64,000 nucleotides of DNA from Octopus sinensis (taxonomy: Eukaryota). The notes under the pieces are model-generated. The model saw only the letters and a program-made list of their open reading frames with translations. It did not search any database and had not been told where the DNA came from. This document shows positions 54,137-64,000 of the stretch, one piece after another. The stretch spans positions 3,286,001-3,350,000 of the forward strand of contig NC_043010.1 in NCBI RefSeq assembly GCF_006345805.1, read 5' to 3'. The translations under genes and the position numbers were made by a program. Numbering within the stretch: position 1 is the first letter of the stretch; every line of letters starts with the position of its first letter.

Positions 54137-54555
54137 CACGCACGTGTGTGTGTGTATAGTATTTATATGTATGCAAACATACACACTTAAAATATATCTT
54201 ACTTTTTGGCAAATTCTTTCCATACTCTTGCATTGATCACTGAAATCGTTGCAGAGTTCTAGTAACATTTTTCTGTTCACTTAGAGCAGCAGTACTCAGC
54301 CTATTCATTCATAGTGTAACACTGAAAGGCTTCCAAAAAATAAATCTTCCACATTTGAAATATTTGATAAAAATGTGAAATACTCATGAATGTTCATTTA
54401 CTGCAAACAAAAAAACTAAGAAATTTTTCCTGCAGAAAGGTATGAAATGTTAATCACATCCCATCATCTTTTATTCAAATATTTTAAGAAGAGGGTCAGG
54501 AAGGATTATTGATTTGCCAAAATGGGTTACAATGACAAAATGGTTGAAAATCATA

Positions 54556-54997
54556 AGGCATACAGTAACTATGTGGTTAAAGAGCTCACTTTGCAACCAC
54601 ATGGTTTTATGTTCAATCCCATTGCATGTCATTAGGGCAAGTGTCTTCTGCTATAGTTCCTGGCCAACCAATGGCTTATGATTTAAATTCGTTGACAGCA
54701 ATTGTGTGGAAGCCATAACTATGTGGAAGCCATAACTGTGTGGAAGCCATCATATGTGTGTGTATAAGCGTGTGTGTGTGTGCATGTGTGTTTTTGTATT
54801 TCTACATGTCCCCCCACCATCAACTGGTGCTGGTTTGTTTGCATCTCTGCAACTTAGGGTTTCAGCAAAAGTGACCAATAGTATAAGTACCAGACTTCAA
54901 AAAAGGTAAATACTTGGGTTGACTTTTTTTACTAAACCCTTCAAAGCAGGATCCCAGTATGGCTGCAATCTAATAACTGAAACAAATAAAGATAAAA
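54556..54997 (+). mobile_element. Older SINE family A copy with an internal 17-bp x3 tandem repeat
   Basis: GGGCAAGTGTCTTCTGCTATAG, (TGTGGAAGCCATAACTA) x3 near 54705-54750, AATAACTGAAACAAATAAAG tail. Confidence 0.75.
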
Positions 54998-55339
54998 TAT
55001 AGCGTTTATGTTGGTGTTGGTGGTGATAGTGATGATGATCCCACTATTTAAAAAGTTGTAGTAAATAAAAACAAAATGTCAAAATAAGACTTAATTAGTG
55101 CTCGTTATTTCTGACATGGAAGAACAAGCTAATAGACAATGATGATTTGATTTTCATTCTAGACTGGTATTCATTGGCTCCAGCAGGATGAATGACATTG
55201 TTGGCCTTGACAAAATTTGAACTTAACATGCATACATCTAGAATGCATACTGCAAGGCCTTTAGTTTGATACACCTAACAACTCTCCCAATTCACTATCT
55301 TAATTAATAAATAATTCTCTTTTTCTTTTTTATTTTTCA

Positions 55340-55519
55340 CTTTTACTTGTTTCAATCATTTGACTGCGGCCATGTGAAGCACCACATCTAGGCTTTGGTA
55401 GCCTAGTACTTATTCTATCGGTCTCTTTTGCCAAACCGCTAAATTACAGGGACGTAAACACACCAGCATCAGTTGTAAAGTGATGTTGGGGGGACAAACA
55501 CAGATGCACAAACAGATAT

Positions 55520-55551
<32 letters not shown>

Positions 55552-55708
55552 GACAGGCTTCTTTCAGTTTCCATCTACCAAATCCACTTTCAAGGCTTTG
55601 GTTGGCCCAAGGCTATAGTAGAAGACACTTGCCCAAGGTGCCACGCAGTGGGAATGAACACGGAACCATGTGGTTGGTAAGCAAGCTACTTACCATACAG
55701 TCATTCCT
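55340..55708 (-). mobile_element. SINE family A copy with a deletion in the body
   Basis: CATTTGACTGCGGCCATG, CCTAGTACTTATTCTATCGGTCTCTTTTGCC, CCCAAGGTGCCACGCAGTGGGA, TTGGTAAGCAAGCTACTTACCATACAG. Confidence 0.88.
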
Positions 55709-57120
55709 TGATTACTTAATAAGTAATGCCAGAGAATTGAATGAGTTGATATGACTTTAATATCAGTGTGGTTCAATTCAGTTAGCTAAAGTTGTAAGTT
55801 TAAAAGGAACAGATGAGAAAACATTGTAACAATAATGATTTACAGTTGAGCTGTAACAGTATTGAGTCAAGAGGACTCTTTAAACATGTCCAAGACATAG
55901 CAACTTCTCTGATGCTGATGCCATAATGAAATGCACCCAGAATACTCTGTAAAGTGATTGTGGAATGAACAGAAAAAATATCAAAGATAACTTTTTAGTC
56001 TTGACTTGTTGAGTATATGATAACCTGACTTGTGTTAGTGTTGCAATAAAGGGAACCAAGTACGCTTTGTTAAGTGACTGGTGATAAGAAGGACATCTAG
56101 CCATGGAAACCAACCTCAAAATGGAAAACATGGTCTTTCAGTCTGTCTAAGAGAGCAGGAATTATAAATAACAATAATACACATAACTCCAGTAAGTGCT
56201 AGCTTATCTAATTTTGAACTAAATATCAAACCTATCTTATGATTAAAATAACTAAAGAGATTACATTTTATTCAAAATATATACACAGTTATCTCAAGTA
56301 ATTCAAACAGAAAGATCTCTTCTAGTAAGGGAAGGAGAAAACAAGAAACAAAAATACTGAATTTTCTGAAGATCTTAAACAATTTCTGAGATCATTGTAG
56401 ATATAGCTTTAAAGAAACAGTTCAAGGAATAAATTTTTATTTTTTCTATACTATGTAACATTGGATAAAACCTTCACTCTCTGACAATATCCGTACTTCA
56501 TGTATAGTTACTTTATATGTTCGCTCTTTAGAACAGCTGCATAGAAGAAAGAATGCCAATATTTTACTTGGATTTTCTTTAGATTCTCAATTTCTAACCA
56601 ACAAGAGAAATTAATATACATCATAAAGTAGTATAGAAAAGAATCAGAACACCTGAAATGTCATTAGCATATTGATATTCATAAAAGAGAATGAAATAAT
56701 GTAAGGAGCCATAACAGTAATAAACTCTGGTTATATCAAGTGGAAGGAAGTGGTTGTGACCATAAAGGAAAGAATTATGGAGTAATTCATGAAGAATATG
56801 CATCAAGAAACATAAATAGAGGTGAGAGGCAGAGTATAGCTATTGCTGTATTACTCATTCTTTTTATTGTGAAAGATAGTGAAATAAGTTTTAAAAAAAG
56901 AGAAAAGAAAAAGAAACACATCATTGTTAAGTAAAATTATTGGGAAGATATAGAAGTTTAAAGAGACTTGAATATACATTTATGTAAATAACTCACATGC
57001 CCATGTATACACTTGAGTATACACACAGGAAAAGCACAATAATATTTACACACGCAAACGTACATATGCACACACATGCATGTGTGTAGAATCTTATATG
57101 GGAAGACATTTTTGTGCATG

Positions 57121-57164
<44 letters not shown>

Positions 57165-58886
57165 GGGGAAAATATTCCTACACATAAATTCCCTAAGTTT
57201 ACACACACACACACACACATATGTATAGATACACATACACTCACTCGTGTATTTATATATACATACATAATTATATTTGTGTGTGTGTATTGTATGTTTG
57301 CATATATTCTTTAGTTAGTGAGTCGTATCTATGTACAGCCTATATATTTCTAATGCACAATTGTATATATTCACACACATTTAAATATTCATTCAAAAGC
57401 ATGTACATATACTTACAAATATACTGCAAAATGACTCAAATTCTTTTCTTGAAAGTAAACAATATTTGAATATGTGTGCATATATAATTATAAAGTTAGA
57501 AAAGTCACTAAGTATATAGCCACTTTCTGAATGTTGCAAAACCATATTTGAATAATGAATGGTTGACACACAAAAGATCACCAACCAACAAGCTTTGATG
57601 CACATTATTGCTTACAGAAATGTGTATGATACTCTTTAAATATTTCTATCAGGGCATCGAAAATCCTCACCCACACCATACAGTAAAAGAAATATCATGT
57701 GCATTTCATTCAAATGCTGCAACATTTTCATTGAGTGAGGAATATTGATGTGTCTAATAATGAAAATATTATGAGGGATATGTTATATCTTTTGACACTG
57801 AATATTTGTGACTATATTGCATTGCTAATGAACGTGAATTCTGAAAATAACTCAAATTTCATGCAACCATCTAAAGAGAATTGCTATAGGTTGAGCTTTA
57901 GAATTTTCTCTGTATTGCAAATGTTTAGCATATGCAGACTGAAACAGAAAATATAGAAAATTCCTGGGAGAGGAGTTTTATAAATGGTTTAATCAGCAAA
58001 GAAGGGCAATGACCTAAACTTTTCTTAGGGTTTCCAAGAATGTTGAGAGAAAGGAAAGAAATTATTGTTAGACGGAAGACCTGGCTTGAAAGCTTACAAG
58101 GTGGAATCCACTGAAGGTATCCAAAAGCCAGCTGGGTACACCCAAAGGCCAACCAATTTACAGGTTAAATCTACAACTCACTTTGATAGGAAACTGGAAA
58201 ACCCAGCCACAAAGCTGGTGGTCATTATTCTGTAATAACTGCTGAGTTGTGTCCATAGTATCCTTTGTCTCAGTTGTGTCCATAGAATCCTTTGTCTCAG
58301 TTGGTCAAGCTTGGAAGTCCAGCCAATTAAACATAATGATGGTTGCTTCAGACAAGGCCCTATGGAGGTATCCAAGGACTCTATTTCTGGCATTCACATA
58401 TATTTGTTGTCTCACCTCTCGCTACACACTTAATATGGTTTTGATATGGGCAGAAAAACGCAAAGTCAAAGCCATTTGATTAAGGAAGCCATCTGTGCAC
58501 GGCAGGAGGAATTTGGATATGTACGTGTGATAATTTATACGTTCAAAATATATCCAGAATAGATAACACATTTCTGGGATTTGGATAATTTGCAAGAAGT
58601 AAAAATATAAATAGAAGCAGACTCACTAATTTTGTGGCCCTTGAGCTTTAGGACATCACTTTCACATTTGTCATTCTGCATTAAGTATCATTTTGTTTAG
58701 TAGCTGGAATCACGCCTATAACCAACTGGTTTGTCATAAGGTTGAAATATTTTGCATTATTCTTCATTTTGTTGTTGTAATACATGCATACACACACACG
58801 CACATACACATGCACACATTTATAAGCATGCATATAAATGAATCTATGTATGTATGTAGGTGTATATGTTTGTGTATGTTTGTAAC

Positions 58887-58945
<59 letters not shown>

Positions 58946-60859
58946 GTCTATCTGTCTATCTATCTACACACTCACATACATTCACATACACATAGCATAG
59001 AGACACATATAGTTTTTATATATGCATGCATATATATAGTCTTTCTATGTATATATAGAGCATGTCTTCCTATTTCCCCATCTATCTACCTATCTGCTAA
59101 CCTATCTATTATTTTGCAACCATTCCTTGGCTGCCAAACAAAAATGGGACTTACAATGGCTATGGAATTTGGTAAGTTGCTAAAGGGCCTTCATAGTACT
59201 GAAGGCCATTAAATTCTATAAAATGGTCATGGATGGAATACTTTTGGTTATAAATTTGCTCATTCATAGCTGACCTGGGGTTATACAATGATACTAGTAA
59301 CAAAACAACTAGGAATAGGCAATGCTGTGACTTTAAACAAATCCATATCAATATGTAGAAAATGATGAGAATATGACAATGAAACTTATATATAGCTCAA
59401 ATATATCTCTGCATCTCTTTGATTAATGGTATATTCAGTATTTGGGGAAAAAAATGAACTTTAAAATAAAAATCTCGTGACTTTCAGTCAATATGGTCAA
59501 TATTTGTGTTAGTGTATGTCTATGTGCTTGCATATGCACTCAAACATACATTAAACATAGACATATTCACACCTACATTGTACAGTTCAGAAACAGACAA
59601 GTATGGAGATAAATATATATATTGCAGTAAACAGTGTCATCTTGTAAATCCTAAAAATACTGACATGTGATGTATATGCATCAATGTAATCAAATGATAA
59701 TTCAATACTGGATCAGATATGAGAAGAATCTCATCAGACAGCTGGATAGACAGACCAGTAGACAGACCAACTGACAAACAGACAGACCGACTGGCAGACA
59801 GGCAGATGACTAAGTGGGTGGAGAGACAAACGAATAAATGGTTGTAGGAATGTAATAAATTTGCATTCAATTTGTAGCCAATTGGTAAATCAGTTAACTA
59901 TTTCAAAGATAACCCAGTTCAATTCCTAGATCAATATATTGGATTTACATTATGGTAATTATATACCCAAAATTAATCAACAAAATCTAATAAATAAATA
60001 TAGTTGTGTGTAAAATTTCTCTAATCTTGAAAAAGATTGATAGAACAAAAACCATAAACTAAATTATCGACTAATATTGTCAAGAAAGGGGATATTATGG
60101 GTTTCATTTAGATTTTGGCATTTTGTTTGTAAAATAGTGTTAAGGGGTGCCGGAGGGAATCTATGGGTGTTGCTACATAGACTGAAACTAGGGGTGAAAG
60201 GACTGTAAGAAATAACTGAGAGCACACATATAAATAAAAACAAAAAAGGACATTGATTGCAGAAATATAGAACAGAGATGCTATTGATAAGAAAGCTTTA
60301 ATTTGAAATTGTACAATTTATTATAAGTCATAGAGCAGGAGATATCATTTATAAAAAATATATAGGGCAGAAATAATGATTTTATTGGGAAAAGAAATAG
60401 GGCAAAAAAATTATATTTATATTAAACAAATTAATTCAGAATTATGTGCCAGCAACTGTATGTATGTTTGCATATACACAGACACATCTAATGTATGCAT
60501 GTGTGTGTGTGTGTGTGAATTTATATACACACAAAGATGTATTTTTCTTTTTCATGAGCCCCCAGCACTCAGAAGGCCTGAGATTAACCTAGCTTCAATA
60601 GCATAGAAGTGACTTTGATTATAACGATCCCAACGAAATAGCATCCCTTTGAGTGAACTGGAGCAATGTGAAATAAATCCTTAAATCCTTAAAAATGTTT
60701 TAGCCCGAAGGCCGCGGCCATGCTGGGGCACCACCGCTGAGGTTTGCAAAACAACTGGTCTAGAAATTGAAATCATGCACTTTCACACACATACACAGAT
60801 AAGCACCAGCACACATACACTATATATATATATATATATATATAGTTTGATAAGTGCCA

Positions 60860-61140
60860 ATATATGCAACTCTCAGCCCTTGAGTCATTCCGTTGCTTTG
60901 CTGAATATTAATAGATGACCCATCTGCTTGAGAAGAAAACTCATCAAGCTGAGCAAAATCAGTGTCGGGGCAGATACTGGTATCACACAAATTGGCACAT
61001 AAAGCACCCATTATACTTTTAGAGTGGTTGGTGTTAGGAAGGGCATCCAGCAGTGAAAGTCCTGCCAAAACAGTCACAGAAGTCTGGTGCAGGCTTCAGT
61101 CTGGCTGGCTCTTGTGATACTGTCCCAGCCATGCCAATAC
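60860..61140 (+). mobile_element. Decayed repeat family B copy
   Basis: GGCACATAAAGCACCC...GGTGTTAGGAAGGGCATCCAGC...CCAGCCATGCC. Confidence 0.75.
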
Positions 61141-61917
61141 ATAAAGCAATATTAAAACTTATCAAAATTTCTAAGTGGTAAAAACAAGAAAAATAATTAA
61201 TTAAAGAGAATCTGCTGTTAATGATAAATAAAATCAGCTTATTAGTAGTTTTATCATAATTATAGAAATTATGAAATTGTATCAAAACTCATTATTGATG
61301 TTAGAATATTATATAAATCCTTATAATTATAGAAATTTATTCTGTTTACTTGAATTTGAAGAACCTCAGCTTGGTGGCATTTATTGAAAGATGCATGGAG
61401 CACAGTTAATGATATCTTTCAATAAATGAATACTGAAAAATAGCAATGCATAATTTTATATTTATTTCTGTGTCAAGGATCAGCAGCTTGCAGGTCCTTA
61501 TACTTAACCTTGTGTACCCAAAAGGGATTTGTAGGGAGCAATCAACTTAAGAAGCTTGATCCTGAATTTGGAAGTCAAGCATGCTATAAAACAAAAACAA
61601 AAAAAAGGAACGCAAAAAAAATAGGAAAAGAAAAGAAACTCAGTGATATTTCACAGATAGGAATGTTTTAGTAAAGAGAGAGAGGTGGAGGTGATGGATA
61701 ATGTATAACGACCAGTCCACAGCCTCAGGGTAGAACTTACACAAACACACAGTAATGATGAGATGACAACTGAGTGGCATGGCTGGAATAGAAAGAAGAG
61801 GGAATGGGTGGTGGTGGTGGTGGTGGTGGTGGTAGTGGTAGTGTTTGGGATAAGTTGAGTGAGACTTGCTCTTATTCAAACACATTGAAATTGCATATGC
61901 ATATATATATGTTTAAG

Positions 61918-61975
<58 letters not shown>

Positions 61976-61976
61976 A

Positions 61977-62019
<43 letters not shown>

Positions 62020-62070
62020 ACTATCTAACTATCTATCTATCTATCTATATCTATCTATCTATCTTTCTAA

Positions 62071-62119
<49 letters not shown>

Positions 62120-62709
62120 GTATGTATATGTATATATAGATACATATAAGAGAGAGAGAGAAAGATAGATAGATAGATAAATATATATATATATATGCTT
62201 ATATATATATGTATATATACATATATATACATATGTATATGTATATATGTATACATATAAATGCATATATATATATATATAATATATATATATATACACA
62301 CATACACACAAACACACACACACACATACATATACATACATATATGTATACATAGATGTACATAAACACACACAGATGCGTTCATACACACACAAAGTTA
62401 CTCACACAGATAGGAGACTAGCTTCTTTGTAGTGTTGCCATAGTAATTGCAGTAGAAAAGTCTGATAACCTAGATGATGCAGCATTGGGATAAATAACTA
62501 GCCAAGTAATTGAGTTATATTTGCTGGGATTTGAAATGGACTGAGTGGATGGAACAGATACACAGAGTGTAATTTGATTGCAACATGATGACAATGGGGA
62601 TGAAAAGTGTCGGTTGTGTATAGGTGGAAATGGAAGTAATACATGGTACCAGATAAATTGTTTAAGAGAGATAAACAGCTAAAGAAAGAGAAAGAGAGAG
62701 AGAGAGACT

Positions 62710-62740
<31 letters not shown>

Positions 62741-64000
62741 AGTGAGAGTGAGAGAGAGACAGAGAGACTGAGACACACATAAGATTAGAACAAAGGGTTA
62801 TATATTATATACAGAGGTCCATAAATTTTTTTTTATTTTCTTTCCTTTTTCTTTCTTTTCCATTCATCCTCAGAGCCACCACTACTACCATCATCACCAC
62901 CACCACCATCATTGCCACCACCACCACCAACACCACCATCATCATCAACGTCATCTATCCATCCAACCATCCAGCCATCCAGCTATTCATCCATCCATCT
63001 ATCCATCCATCCTCTTTAGTCTCCTCATCCTTCCCTTCGCCTGCCTTGCAACAAAATAATCGTAAAAATGATGTGATATCTTCTGGTCTAAAGAATTCAG
63101 TACTAGGAAATTTTCACACAGCTTAGCAATTAATAGAAGCACAATGAAACATTACTTTTGTTGGTAGCTGCACCTGCTGAGGCATAAAAAATATTTTAAT
63201 GTACCTACAAAACTAGCACGTCTGGGTCGTATAGGGTAAATCACTTTAGTCAATCAATTTCTCTCTACTTTAACTCTTTGCCTCCCAGAGGCACTATTTC
63301 TCTATGAGTTCATGCCAAATTTTCCATCTCTCTTTTTCATTCGATACTTTTGTTTTTCTACTTGTATTTATGTAGCCATCATGATATTTTGAGGTTAAAT
63401 TTTACCATAATTACTTTTAGAAGTGTTTTTATATTTGCATTCCTTTCCTTTTTCTTTCTTTTTTTGTTTATTTTTGTACTTTTTTTTTTATTTACTTCTC
63501 TTTTAGATATTTCCTTGTATAATATATTTATCATGTCTTACAATCACCAAGTAGTTGTTGCTCTAGGGAAAACTACCTGATAAACATTTATAGAAAACCC
63601 ACCACACAAAATTTCATTCTAGACTGCACTGAAGAGAAAACAAAAACAGAGAAAAAAAACAAAAACAACAACAACAACAGTAGTAACTACAATAATCGTA
63701 AGTAAATAAATAAGCAATTTATTTCATAGACAAACGTTTACTCTTGAATACTCACCAATAATTTCCCCCTCATTGAGCTATGATCTACCTCTATATCATT
63801 GCTATTTCTATTACAAAGATCTCAGCTTCTCTCACGTTAATCAATGCTATACTACATCTCTTTAAAACCACTTGATGCCCTTTTCTCCCCTCCTACTATC
63901 CTTATCCTTGTACCTCAGCTCACCAGAGAGTGTTGAATATATTATACTTTGGAGTTGTGCTTGTTTCTGCAAGTGATTTCATTTGAGACTGTATTGAAGC

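Overview
AT-rich eukaryotic genomic DNA with very dense microsatellites [(TA)n, (CA)n, (TACA)n, (GATA)n, (AAT)n, (GAT)n]. The repeat families and microsatellite load look like an octopod cephalopod genome, probably Octopus (inference, not a database match). No prokaryotic features, CRISPR arrays, rRNA or true tRNA genes were found. Almost all ORFs in the track are microsatellite translations. Recognisable content is a layered transposon landscape: several tRNA-derived SINE families, two R4/Dong-like LINE remnants with restriction-like endonuclease motifs, a decayed RTE LINE, two mariner derivatives (one internally deleted and nested in a Dong-like LINE, one made of two inverted 5' halves), a non-autonomous Helitron and a Tc1/mariner-like MITE. 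The most notable signal is six type-I hammerhead-ribozyme-like motifs in short elements mostly sitting in TA/CA tracts, probably Penelope-like pseudo-LTRs or retrozyme-like elements. One has a fully canonical core (5801-5844) and lies in the loop of a ~140-bp near-perfect inverted repeat. A few splice-bounded open segments may be exons of host genes, but no gene could be identified. There is a 100-N assembly gap at 10543-10642.
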